Origin: a virus
Taxonomy: Duplodnaviria; Caudoviricetes
Strand: one strand, 5' to 3'
DNA: 48,134 nucleotides
IMG/VR virus record: IMGVR_UViG_3300017978_000319
Coordinates: 1-48,134 of that record
The stretch's first letter is position 1; every line of letters starts with the position of its first letter. The notes under the pieces are model-generated. The model was not told the DNA's origin, made no database searches, and worked only from the letters and a program-made list of their open reading frames with translations. This document shows positions 18,911 through 27,730 of the stretch, one piece after another. A program made the translations under genes and the position numbers.

Positions 18911-19128
18911 CAGATGGAGATGAAGCGGTCAGGCTGGCAAATTGCGCCGGGAAGGAACAACTGACCGCGAGCATTGCGAAGAACATCGTTCTGCGGCACA
19001 AGCAAAAGGGCCGAAACAGCCACGCCTACAAGTGCAGTTTCTGCAATCACTGGCACGTAGGTTCAGCAAACTTCGGCGTCAGCAGGGTGCGTAAGAAGGG
19101 TTTGCGTAATGATCACCCTCCTGCCTGA
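18907..19128 (+). CDS. Small zinc-binding protein
   Basis: AYKCSFCNHWHVG. Confidence 0.6.
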   Translation: MTDGDEAVRLANCAGKEQLTASIAKNIVLRHKQKGRNSHAYKCSFCNHWHVGSANFGVSRVRKKGLRNDHPPA

Positions 19129-20512
19129 CCAAGAAGACGTCCGCACCAAGCTGCGACTGGCGCTTCGGAAGCACCAGTCCGTGCTTACGTTTGCGCCGAC
19201 AGGGTTTGGCAAGACCGTCCTTGCGGCGGCGCTGATCAAGCTGATCTCCGATGCCGGGAAGCGGGTCGCGTTTGGCGTTCACCGGGACGCCTTGATCAGG
19301 CAGACCGCCAACACCCTCGACGAGTTTGGCCTCTACTACAGCTACATCGCGGCAGGCTACCCGCACAACCCGTACCGACCCATCCAGATCGCTTCGATCC
19401 CGACCCTTCAGAACAGGCTGGGCAAGTACCCTGTCGACTATCTGTTCGTCGACGAGGCCCACCTCTCAGCCTCTGCCGGGTGGTCGAAGACGGTCGATCA
19501 CTACAAGGCGGCTGGCACTAAGATCATCGGCCTGACCGGGTCACCTGAGCGGCTGGACGGAAAGCCCCTTGGCGCGATCTGGGATGACATGGTCCTCGGC
19601 CCGTCGACCCGGCAACTGATCGAGTGGGGCAGGCTGTCGAAGTACCGCGCCTTCGCCCCGGCCTCCATCGACCTGTCCAAGGTTCACACGCGGGGTGGCG
19701 ACTATGTCCACAGCGAGATCGATGACCTGATGTCTGGCAAGGCAGTGGTGGCCGGGGCCGTGCGTCACTGGCGCAGTCTCGCCGGGGGCAAGCGGACTAT
19801 CGCCTTCGCACCATCCATCGCCCGTGCCGAGCAACTGGCATCGGAGTTCAGGGCGAGCGGGATCAATGCCGTCTCGCTGGACGGCGGCACCAACAAGGGT
19901 GACAGGCAGGACACTTTCAGGAAGTTCGCCGACCGGGAGGTCGAGGTGATGGTGAACGTGCGCCTGTTCACCGAGGGGTTCGACCTCTCAGCGCAGGTCG
20001 GTCGCCCGGTGGTGATCGAGTGCGTCCTCGACTATGCCCCGACCCAGTCTCTGGCGCTGCACCTGCAGAAGCACGGGCGCGGCCTGCGCCGGGACGATGA
20101 GGCCCACATCCTGCTCGATCTGGTCGGCGGGTTCGCCCGTCTCGGCCTGCCGGATGATGATCGCGAGTGGTCGCTGGAAGGGCGGCAGGAGAGCAAGAAG
20201 GCCGGGGACCGCAGTGAGCCTGTGCGCCTCTGCCCGCAGTGCTTCGCCGCCCACGCGCCGATCCCGATCTGCCCTGAGTGCGGCCACGTCTACGAGATCA
20301 TGGGCCGCAAGGTCGAGGAGGTCGACGACGAGATGGTCGAGATCGACCCGGAGCAGCACCGCAAGCAGCAGAAGATCGAGCAGGCGCGGGCCGAGACGTT
20401 CGACGATCTGCTCAGGCTGGCGACGGCGCGAGGGTACAAGTCGCCCGAGAAGTGGGCGGCTCATGTGTGGACTGGAAGGCAGGCGAAACAGAAAGAGAGG
20501 ATGAGGGCGTGA
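19109..20512 (+). CDS. SF2 DEAH-box helicase with C-terminal zinc finger
   Basis: PTGFGKT, DEAH, TEGFD, QKHGRGLR, CPQC..CPECG. Confidence 0.92.
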   Translation: MITLLPDQEDVRTKLRLALRKHQSVLTFAPTGFGKTVLAAALIKLISDAGKRVAFGVHRDALIRQTANTLDEFGLYYSYIAAGYPHNPYRPIQIASIPTLQNRLGKYPVDYLFVDEAHLSASAGWSKTVDHYKAAGTKIIGLTGSPERLDGKPLGAIWDDMVLGPSTRQLIEWGRLSKYRAFAPASIDLSKVHTRGGDYVHSEIDDLMSGKAVVAGAVRHWRSLAGGKRTIAFAPSIARAEQLASEFRASGINAVSLDGGTNKGDRQDTFRKFADREVEVMVNVRLFTEGFDLSAQVGRPVVIECVLDYAPTQSLALHLQKHGRGLRRDDEAHILLDLVGGFARLGLPDDDREWSLEGRQESKKAGDRSEPVRLCPQCFAAHAPIPICPECGHVYEIMGRKVEEVDDEMVEIDPEQHRKQQKIEQARAETFDDLLRLATARGYKSPEKWAAHVWTGRQAKQKERMRA

Positions 20513-20847
20513 ATGTAGGGGACAGGGAGATCACATGCCCGTGCTGCGGCGCGAGTGTGGCGTCTCCCTCACTGGAGGTGCTGGTGGATGTACTGGCGAT
20601 CTCGAAGGATCAGGAGGCTGTCCTGTCCGCGATCTGGCGCGGGAAGGGCATGGCTGTCAGTACGCAGCGCATCTTCGATGCGATGTATGCCGACGACCCA
20701 GACGGCGGGCCATCGCCCGAGCGCATGTACAACGCGCTGAAGCTGAGGTTGCACAAACTTCGCGGCAAACTGGAAGGAACAGGTATCAAGATCGAGGCCG
20801 TGGGCTATCGGCGCGGGTACCGCATCGTCATGGAAGGACGGAAGTGA
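20509..20847 (+). CDS. Stand-alone OmpR/CtrA-type winged-helix protein with N-terminal CxxC
   Basis: LHKLRGKL..IEAVGYRRGYRI wing motif; CPCCG. Confidence 0.7.
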   Translation: MNVGDREITCPCCGASVASPSLEVLVDVLAISKDQEAVLSAIWRGKGMAVSTQRIFDAMYADDPDGGPSPERMYNALKLRLHKLRGKLEGTGIKIEAVGYRRGYRIVMEGRK

Positions 20848-21248
20848 TGAATACCCCCGAAGACATGGATGAAACAGAGGCCGCAGCCTACTACGGCATG
20901 AGGTTCGCTGCTCGCCTCGCGCACGGTACCGCCAGCGATGCGGGATGGTACCACGACCCAGCCACAGGACTTCCGATTAAGCGGAACTTCGGCGAGGTCA
21001 TAGCCCTGATGCACTCGGAACTGTCCGAGGCTCTTGAGGCTGACCGCAAGGGCCTGATGGACGACAAACTTCCACACCGCGACGGTCGGGAGGTCGAGTT
21101 CGCAGACTGCATCATCCGCATCTTGGAAACGGCAGAAGCCCTCGGTCTCGATGTGGCTGGGGCGCTGATCGAGAAGAACAGGATCAACAGGGCGAGGGCA
21201 GATCACAAGCTTGCCAATCGCGCACAAGCAGGAGGCAAGAAGTATTAA
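20847..21248 (+). CDS. MazG-like NTP pyrophosphohydrolase
   Basis: [25 protein letters not shown]. Confidence 0.8.
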   Translation: MNTPEDMDETEAAAYYGMRFAARLAHGTASDAGWYHDPATGLPIKRNFGEVIALMHSELSEALEADRKGLMDDKLPHRDGREVEFADCIIRILETAEALGLDVAGALIEKNRINRARADHKLANRAQAGGKKY

Positions 21249-21249
21249 C

Positions 21250-21738
21250 ATGGCTGGATCGGTCAACAAAGTGATCCTGATCGGGAACCTCGGGCGTGAC
21301 CCTGAGGTCAGGAGTTTCCCCAACGGCGGGAAGGTGGCAAACCTGCGTGTCGCGACCTCAGAAAGCTGGAAGGACAAGCAGAGCGGTGAGCGAAAGGAGC
21401 GCACCGAATGGCACACGGTTGCCATCTTCAACGAGGCTCTGGTGGGGATTGCCGAGAAGTACCTGCAGAAGGGGACGAAGGTCTACATCGAGGGCCAGTT
21501 GGAGACCCGGAAGTGGCAGGATCAGTCTGGCAACGACCGCTATTCCACCGAGGTCGTGCTGCGCCCGTACAGCGGGACGCTGACGATCCTGTCGGGCGGC
21601 GCTGGGCAGGGCGGGGATCGCGATGACGGATCGAACGATGCGGATCAGCGGGGCGGCGGTCGCAGCGAGGGCGGTGACAGCAGGCGCGGCGACTACGGCG
21701 GCGGTCGTCAGGACATGGACGACGAGATACCGTTCTGA
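21250..21738 (+). CDS. ssb: Single-stranded DNA-binding protein
   Basis: [27 protein letters not shown]. Confidence 0.97.
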   Translation: MAGSVNKVILIGNLGRDPEVRSFPNGGKVANLRVATSESWKDKQSGERKERTEWHTVAIFNEALVGIAEKYLQKGTKVYIEGQLETRKWQDQSGNDRYSTEVVLRPYSGTLTILSGGAGQGGDRDDGSNDADQRGGGRSEGGDSRRGDYGGGRQDMDDEIPF

Positions 21739-21740
21739 TC

Positions 21741-22163
21741 ATGGCCGAGAGTGAGTTCACCCGGCGCTGCATGAAGCTGGCCACCGAACTGGGGTCACGC
21801 CTGTTCCGCAACAACGTGGCGCAGGCGTGGGTCGCCAACAAGGTGATCGACCTGCCCGGTGGGGATAAGCGGCTGGTGAACCCACGCCCGCTCCACGCTG
21901 GCCTCATGCCGGGGTCTGGCGATCTGATCGGCTGGACCCCGGTGACGATCACCCCGGAGATGGTCGGCCAGACCATTGCGGTCTTCACCTCGGTCGAGAC
22001 GAAGACCCTGACCGGGCGCGTCAGGAAGGGTCAGCCAGAGTGGGCGGCGGCGATCCAGAACGCTGGCGGATACGCTGGCTTTGCCAGATCGGATGACGAT
22101 CTGCGCGACATCTTGTGCGGCAAAAAGACTTTGCAACAACCCGTTGCGAAGCGGGCAAGATGA
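21741..22163 (+). CDS. VRR-NUC-type nuclease
   Basis: RLFRNN..GSGDLIG..VETKT..Q..GGYAG. Confidence 0.8.
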   Translation: MAESEFTRRCMKLATELGSRLFRNNVAQAWVANKVIDLPGGDKRLVNPRPLHAGLMPGSGDLIGWTPVTITPEMVGQTIAVFTSVETKTLTGRVRKGQPEWAAAIQNAGGYAGFARSDDDLRDILCGKKTLQQPVAKRAR

Positions 22164-22173
22164 TGTACAGTAA

Positions 22174-22231
22174 GTCGATACCTACCTCCCTGTATCGACA
22201 CTCAGCGCCCCGGAAACGGGGCGCTTTTCTC
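22174..22231 (+). ncRNA. Candidate small RNA: anti-SD loop hairpin plus terminator
   Basis: GTCGATAC/GTATCGAC stem with loop CTACCTCCCT, then a terminator. Confidence 0.45.
22203..22231 (+). terminator. Intrinsic terminator
   Basis: AGCGCCCCG-GAAA-CGGGGCGCT-TTTCTC. Confidence 0.85.
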
Positions 22232-22251
22232 TTGCACCCGATGCGAGAATG

Positions 22252-22270
22252 TGTTGTGAATAGTGCAACA
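22252..22270. promoter_or_regulatory. Operator TGTTGTG-AATAG-TGCAACA upstream of primase
   Basis: One mismatch to consensus. Confidence 0.65.
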
Positions 22271-22286
22271 ACGATACGGGGAAATC

Positions 22287-23162
22287 ATGAGTGACATTGA
22301 ACGGCTTCGCCGGGAAACTTCCCTGTCTGATCTGGCCATGCGCGAAGGTGTCGTTCTTCAGAAGAACGGCAACGAGTGGGAGGGGTGCTGCCCATTCCAT
22401 CAGGAAGACACTCCCAGCTTCACGATCTTCACTGGAAAGGACGGCATCTCCCGGTTCTTCTGCTTCGGTTGCAACGAGCGCGGAGACGTCATCGACTTCG
22501 TGGAGAAACTGAAGGGGATGCAGAAGCGGGATGCCATCAAGTACCTCGGCGGCGGGCAGTCCGCTCCGAACGTCGCGCCCCGCAAGGTAGAGGCTCGCGA
22601 CGTCTACGAAGGGATCGTCCTGTTGCAGCCGCCGACCGCGATCAGCCCCGGCCTGAACGTCCGCATCTACAACCCGAAGCGGGCCGACGATCCTCAGCGG
22701 GCTTGGGGGTCGTTCGTGCCGGATGCGATCTATCCATACTTCAACCCGGATGGCTCGATCCTTGGGTACGTCCTGCGCCACAAGCTGCGCGACGGCACCA
22801 AGGAAACCCCGATGGTCTGCTGGGTCAAGCTGCCGTCTGGCGAGGAGTGCTGGTGCCGCTACCCGTTCCCGCGCCCGCGCCCCCTGTACCGCCGCGAGCG
22901 GCTGAGGGATGGGCAGGTCGTCATCGTCGAGGGGGAGAAGTGCGCCGACAAGGTGGCTGGCGCGACCGGGCGTCAGACCATCTCATGGCCGGGTGGCACC
23001 TTCGGTATCAATCACACCGACTGGTCGCCATTGGCTGGCCGCTCGGTGGTGATCTGGCCGGATGCCGATAAGCCGGGTCTCGCGACCGCAGATAAAGTGG
23101 CAGCAATGCTGACCGATCTGGGCTGCACAGTCCGCATCCTCGGGATCGAAGTTGCAGCATGA
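22287..23162 (+). CDS. DNA primase (CHC2 zinc finger plus TOPRIM)
   Basis: CPFHQEDTPSF..CFGC; VEGEK; WPDAD. Confidence 0.88.
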   Translation: MSDIERLRRETSLSDLAMREGVVLQKNGNEWEGCCPFHQEDTPSFTIFTGKDGISRFFCFGCNERGDVIDFVEKLKGMQKRDAIKYLGGGQSAPNVAPRKVEARDVYEGIVLLQPPTAISPGLNVRIYNPKRADDPQRAWGSFVPDAIYPYFNPDGSILGYVLRHKLRDGTKETPMVCWVKLPSGEECWCRYPFPRPRPLYRRERLRDGQVVIVEGEKCADKVAGATGRQTISWPGGTFGINHTDWSPLAGRSVVIWPDADKPGLATADKVAAMLTDLGCTVRILGIEVAA

Positions 23163-24670
23163 AATACACGTTCGAACAGTGGCTGGCAGGTACACCCATC
23201 CCGAAGGGCTGGGACGGCGCTGATGCGGTCGATGATGGCTGGACGGCGAAGGAGATCGAGGGGTTTATGCGGGCCACTGTGCGCCCATGGGAGCCACCGA
23301 AGAACGATCCTCCCCCGGAACCCAAGAAGCCCCAGCCAGAACCACAGAAGCCCGTGGCGCAGGCCAAGCAGGCCGTGCAGGCGAAACCAGATCAGGCTCA
23401 GGCGACCATCACCAACATCGCCAGACCAAAGGAAAGCTACCACGTCGACGACGCATGGCGGGCCGACTTCGTGATGAGTGAGGAGGGGACGCCCAAGGCG
23501 AGCGTCTCGAAGAACTGGGCGCTGCTTCTGGAGAACCACCCGGCGATGAACCGGGCGCTGACCTATGACGCCTTCAGCATGCAGGTCGTGCTGGAGCGCA
23601 GGCCAGCATGGGAGAAAGCAGACGGGCCGTGGACCCCTCGCGCCCTGAAGGAGAGCGACTTCCAGAACGCCGTCATGTGGCTGGAGAGCCTGCACATGGC
23701 ACCGAAGGTGACGAGCATCAAGCCCGTGATCTATTCGGTCGCCGAGAAGCACAGCTACGACCGCCTGACCGAATATCTGGAGGCGCTGGTCTGGGATGGG
23801 GTGCCGAGGGTCAACCACTTCTTCCGCGACTACTTCGGCGTCGACCCAGACAAGACCTCCCGCTACGCCAACATCGTCAGCCGACGCTTCCTGATCTCCT
23901 GCGCCGCTCGCGCCCTGCGCCCCGGCTGCAAGGTCGACACCATGCCCATCATCGAAGGGCCGCAGGGCCTGCTGAAATCATCCGGGGTGAAGGCCTTCGC
24001 CGGGGAGCAGTTCTTCTCTGACGAACTGTCCGAGATCGGGTCGAAGGACGCCAAGCTGGAGATGCAGGGCAAGTGGATTTTCGAGATCGCCGAGATGCAC
24101 CGCATGAATGCCGCCGAGACGAACGCGGTGAAGAAGTTCCTGTCCCAGTCGACCGACCGTTTCCGCCCACCATACGGCACGACGGTGATCGAGGCGGCGC
24201 GGCGCTGCGTGATGATCGGGACCATCAACCCTGACGGCAACCCGTACCTGAAGGACACCACCGGGGCGCGGCGCTTCTGGCCCGTGACCGCGACGAAAGT
24301 GGACATCGACGCGATCCGCCGCGACCGGGATCAGATATGGGCCGAGGCTGTCGTTCTGCTGAAGGCCGGGGAGCCTTGGTGGATGCAGGCCGACGAGTTG
24401 GAGATCGTCGAGGAGCAGCAGACCGAGCGCACCGACATTGACGTCTGGACGGACGCGGTCCTGAAGGCGCTGGACAACCGCTCATCGATCCTCCTGTCCG
24501 AGATCATCCGCGACATCGGTATCCCCGCCAAGGACGCAAGCGAGCGTCACGCTGGACGGATCGGGCGGATCATGCGGGCGGTCGGCTGGATCGCGACGAG
24601 GGATCAGAAGGGCGGGGCGACGGTGATCAAGTACATCAAGCCCCTGCCAGAAGATGACGCTGCGTGGTGA
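23159..24670 (+). CDS. VapE/VirE-family P-loop ATPase (putative replicative helicase) with a primase-like N-terminal segment
   Basis: PGCKVD..GPQGLLKS..LKDTTGARRFWP..RDQIWAEA. Confidence 0.88.
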   Translation: MKYTFEQWLAGTPIPKGWDGADAVDDGWTAKEIEGFMRATVRPWEPPKNDPPPEPKKPQPEPQKPVAQAKQAVQAKPDQAQATITNIARPKESYHVDDAWRADFVMSEEGTPKASVSKNWALLLENHPAMNRALTYDAFSMQVVLERRPAWEKADGPWTPRALKESDFQNAVMWLESLHMAPKVTSIKPVIYSVAEKHSYDRLTEYLEALVWDGVPRVNHFFRDYFGVDPDKTSRYANIVSRRFLISCAARALRPGCKVDTMPIIEGPQGLLKSSGVKAFAGEQFFSDELSEIGSKDAKLEMQGKWIFEIAEMHRMNAAETNAVKKFLSQSTDRFRPPYGTTVIEAARRCVMIGTINPDGNPYLKDTTGARRFWPVTATKVDIDAIRRDRDQIWAEAVVLLKAGEPWWMQADELEIVEEQQTERTDIDVWTDAVLKALDNRSSILLSEIIRDIGIPAKDASERHAGRIGRIMRAVGWIATRDQKGGATVIKYIKPLPEDDAAW

Positions 24671-24671
24671 C

Positions 24672-24690
24672 CGTTGCGTTATGTACAACA
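24672..24690. promoter_or_regulatory. Degenerate operator CGTTGCG-TTATG-TACAACA upstream of lysin
   Basis: Two mismatches to consensus; intergenic. Confidence 0.5.
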
Positions 24691-24734
24691 CCAGTGAAAT
24701 TTGTAGTACAAACCTCAACACATAGGAGGCGCAG

Positions 24735-25532
24735 ATGGCGCGAGGAAACCTGAAGACATGCCTGCCCATTGTCCTGAGCCACGAAGGTGGCTGGGCTGAT
24801 CATCCGAAAGACCCCGGTGGCGCGACCATGAAGGGCGTGACCATCGGTACGTTCGCCGCGTTCAAGGATCGCAAGGTGACAAAGGACGAACTGAAAAATA
24901 TCAGTGATGCTGACCTTTCTGCGATCTACAAGAAAGGGTACTGGGATAAGGTTTATGGCGAGAGCCTTCAGCACGGCGTCGATCTGGCAACCTTCGATCT
25001 GGCAGTGAACAGCGGCCCCGGTCGTGCAGCGCGGACGCTGCAGAAGGTTGTGAAGGTGAAGCAAGATGGGAAGATTGGCCCTGTAACCGTGACGGCTCAG
25101 GCCAAGCTGCGCGGCGACGATCTGGTCAAGCTGATCTGTTCCAGCCGTATGTCGTTCCTGCGCGGCCTGCGCCACTGGTCGACCTTTGGTAAGGGCTGGT
25201 CGCGCCGGGTGGCAGATATTGAGGCGCGCGGCGTGGCGATGTGGCTGAAGGCGGTAGGCACGGATGGCGGCACGACGCTGGCTCTGGTCGACGAGGGCGA
25301 ACGGGCCGTTGCTAGTTCGAAGAAGAACGACAAGGCGGCGGTAGGCACCACTGGTGTCGCGACTGGCGGTAATGTCGCTCTTGGGACGCAAGACTTTGAT
25401 CCGACCCTGATCACGGTACTTGGCGGTATCAGCCTGTTGCTTGTCCTCTGGCTCCTGCTCCGGGGGCGTCACGATAAAAGCCGAGCAGAGGCTTACAGCC
25501 GCGTGGTCCAAGAGATCAGGGCTGATCGGTAG
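24735..25532 (+). CDS. Endolysin, glycoside hydrolase family 108, with C-terminal TM segment
   Basis: HEGGWADHPKDPGGAT..FDLAVNSG..FGKGWSRR; hydrophobic tail. Confidence 0.9.
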   Translation: MARGNLKTCLPIVLSHEGGWADHPKDPGGATMKGVTIGTFAAFKDRKVTKDELKNISDADLSAIYKKGYWDKVYGESLQHGVDLATFDLAVNSGPGRAARTLQKVVKVKQDGKIGPVTVTAQAKLRGDDLVKLICSSRMSFLRGLRHWSTFGKGWSRRVADIEARGVAMWLKAVGTDGGTTLALVDEGERAVASSKKNDKAAVGTTGVATGGNVALGTQDFDPTLITVLGGISLLLVLWLLLRGRHDKSRAEAYSRVVQEIRADR

Positions 25533-25559
25533 TTAGTAACTGCCACAAGTCGAATAAGT

Positions 25560-25596
25560 TTCTGGACCGCCGATAGAATATCTTGGCGGTCCAGAA
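25560..25596. terminator. Hairpin between convergent genes (bidirectional terminator)
   Basis: TTCTGGACCGCC...GGCGGTCCAGAA inverted repeat. Confidence 0.7.
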
Positions 25597-25618
25597 TGTC
25601 ACTCCAATCTATGATTAA

Positions 25619-25903
25619 TTACCAGCCCTGAGACGCCGCCTCTGCCGCCTCGATGCCGCCAGACTGAAGTGCAGCGGCTGCACCATAAGTGGTCACCCCA
25701 ACGGGTCGGGTGTTTGACAGCGCATTTGCGATCTGCTGGTCCATAAAGGACAGCTTTGGCGCTGGCGCTGGCGCTGGGGGCTTGGTCGGCGCTGGGGCGG
25801 GCTGCGCTGAGACAGCGGGTGCAGGCTTCGATTTTTTGCCTTTTGCTTCAGCCGCACAGGCGGCTACTGCAAAGAGAAGGACGGATGCGAGAAGTAGCTT
25901 CAT
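25619..25903 (-). CDS. Pro/Ala-rich putative lipoprotein
   Basis: MKLLLASVLLFAVAAC signal peptide and lipobox. Confidence 0.65.
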   Translation of the reverse strand: MKLLLASVLLFAVAACAAEAKGKKSKPAPAVSAQPAPAPTKPPAPAPAPKLSFMDQQIANALSNTRPVGVTTYGAAAALQSGGIEAAEAASQGW

Positions 25904-25950
25904 TTCTATCTCCAAGGAAACCCTGCAGAAGCGCAGGGGATCAGGGCTGC

Positions 25951-26301
25951 TTACAGCCCGTCACCGCCAAGCTTCGATTTGATCTGCTGGATACCCCTCT
26001 GGGTCAGGCGAAACCTGATCGCCACCCCGCGATCATCGTCGGCTCGCTCGATCAGGCCCATGGTCTCCAGCGCCAGCAGGACGCGCAGGGGTGCGCTGAG
26101 GACGGCTGTGGGCAGGTACCCCTCGGACCACTGGCGGGCGGCGTCCCAGAACTGGCCCAGCGCCACCTTGGCGATCTTCTTGCCTCCCCGGCTGGAGAGG
26201 ATCGCCTTGGCACCCTCGACCGTTGCCGGGTCAGCAGCGCCGCTGGTGTCGTATCGGCTTTCCTCGGCGTCCTTCTGACGCGCTGCGAAGGTCCGCATCA
26301 C
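25951..26301 (-). CDS. Putative winged-helix protein
   Basis: LETMGLIER..FRLTQRG. Confidence 0.55.
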   Translation of the reverse strand: MMRTFAARQKDAEESRYDTSGAADPATVEGAKAILSSRGGKKIAKVALGQFWDAARQWSEGYLPTAVLSAPLRVLLALETMGLIERADDDRGVAIRFRLTQRGIQQIKSKLGGDGL

Positions 26302-26411
26302 TGGCCCTCCGCTTCGATCTGCGCCTCGACCAGCCGACCCATGGGGTCAGTCACGGTCAGCGCGCCCAGAGCGATCCCGATGGTCGCGGCGATGAACCAA
26401 AGTCTGATCAT
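26298..26411 (-). CDS. 37-aa membrane peptide
   Basis: MIRLWFIAATIGIALGAL; coupled to both neighbours. Confidence 0.55.
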   Translation of the reverse strand: MIRLWFIAATIGIALGALTVTDPMGRLVEAQIEAEGQ

Positions 26412-26698
26412 TTTTTCCTTGCTCCTACATTGTCGATCTTCCCTCTCTCGAGGGCGTTCCAGATGGTTGTCGGCGATACGTTCAAGGCCTTCGCTGCGGC
26501 ATACTGGGATGGGTACTCCACCCCACGGATCACCACCGGGTAGGCCTCTGTCTTCTTGGGGTCGAGGCCAACCGTGTCCAGACGGCCCTTCTTCTTTGCG
26601 ATGGAGACCGCAGCGCCAGAGATGCCGAAGGCCTTCGCTGCTGCGTTCTGTGACTGGTACGTGATCCCACGGATCGTCAGAGGCTCTGCCTTAAACAT
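26408..26698 (-). CDS. Tandem NUMOD1-like HTH protein
   Basis: Two IRG.xY.S...AAAKA repeats. Confidence 0.65.
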   Translation of the reverse strand: MFKAEPLTIRGITYQSQNAAAKAFGISGAAVSIAKKKGRLDTVGLDPKKTEAYPVVIRGVEYPSQYAAAKALNVSPTTIWNALERGKIDNVGARKK

Positions 26699-27035
26699 CG
26701 GTCAGCCCCCTGCGCTGGCAGACCTGACGCAGGACCATCATGGCCTTCGGGTCAGCGAACCAGTGACCAGCGCGGCGCTTGGCGCACTGGTAGAGGGTCC
26801 GCAGCGAGCGGTCTGACATCTTGTCGAGGATGTCGGAGAGGCGGGACGCAGAGATGCCCCGGCGCTTCGCCTCCTGCTGCCACGGGTAGGCATCGCCATA
26901 GGCCTCATCGAGCAGCGCCCGGTCAGAGCGAAGGGTCGAGTGACCGTAGCGGCGCTGGCTGTCGACGATGCGGTGGTTGTGATAGGCCAGCATCTCGCGG
27001 ACCTGATCATCGGTGGCTTCGCTGGGGCGCTGCAT
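26691..27035 (-). CDS. Hypothetical protein, possible HTH
   Basis: EAKRRGISASRLSDIL; coupled. Confidence 0.6.
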   Translation of the reverse strand: MQRPSEATDDQVREMLAYHNHRIVDSQRRYGHSTLRSDRALLDEAYGDAYPWQQEAKRRGISASRLSDILDKMSDRSLRTLYQCAKRRAGHWFADPKAMMVLRQVCQRRGLTDV

Positions 27036-27220
27036 TAGACGATCCCCCGGCGACGGGCTTCCACGTCAAACGGGTAGAAGCGATCCATGGCGGCGTCGAC
27101 GCTGGCGCGGCTGGCCGGGGCGCTGGCGGCATCGAGCGCGGCGGCGGCGGCGTACAGGCGTCGGGCCTCCATGGTGCGGGCCTCGATCAGTTGCTGGTCG
27201 TTCAGGTGGTTCAGTGCCAT
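27035..27220 (-). CDS. Hypothetical protein
   Basis: AGGAG SD. Confidence 0.65.
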   Translation of the reverse strand: MALNHLNDQQLIEARTMEARRLYAAAAALDAASAPASRASVDAAMDRFYPFDVEARRRGIV

Positions 27221-27241
27221 TTCTATCTCCTATGGTGTGGC

Positions 27242-27277
27242 GCTTTTGGTTCCAGCCCGAAGGCTGGAGGCAGAAGC
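27242..27277 (-). other. Intergenic C(UUCG)G hairpin without a U-tract
   Basis: TCCAGCC-TTCG-GGCTGGA with an extended stem on the minus strand. Confidence 0.6.
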
Positions 27278-27278
27278 G

Positions 27279-27707
27279 TCACTCGGCGATCCAGTACTCG
27301 TTGCTGTCGAGGTAGTAGGTCCACCCTTCGCAGAAAGAGGCGTAGACGGGGTCGATCTTGTGCCACTTACCAGCCGACGACACCTTGCCCTGCTGGTCGA
27401 TCAGGACAGCCTGACCAGCAACGACGCCGAGGACCGCCTCCTGCTGCAGAACCCAGCCCTGACGCATGACGTGGGCCTCGAAGTCCGAGCGGACCATCTC
27501 GTAGGAGGCCTCCATCTGGCCCTTCCACATCCCGATGCAGAGGCGCACCGGGCGGCGCAGGGAACCCATCGCGCGGAGGGTGTCGAGGTGACGCTCGAAG
27601 CGGGCGCGGACGCGGGGGTCGCTGCCGTTGTCGATGGCGAAGATAACGACGGCTTCGACCGACTGGCCTGCCATCCCGCCTTCGATCTGGTCTTGCATCT
27701 GGCGCAT
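27279..27707 (-). CDS. Hypothetical early protein
   Basis: AGGAG SD directly after a promoter. Confidence 0.7.
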   Translation of the reverse strand: MRQMQDQIEGGMAGQSVEAVVIFAIDNGSDPRVRARFERHLDTLRAMGSLRRPVRLCIGMWKGQMEASYEMVRSDFEAHVMRQGWVLQQEAVLGVVAGQAVLIDQQGKVSSAGKWHKIDPVYASFCEGWTYYLDSNEYWIAE

Positions 27708-27730
27708 GGGTGTCTCCTGTGTTGCGCTGT

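Noticed and set aside
22142-22160. Additional operator CGTTGCG-N5-GGCAAGA
   Set aside because: Three mismatches and inside a coding end; too weak to call
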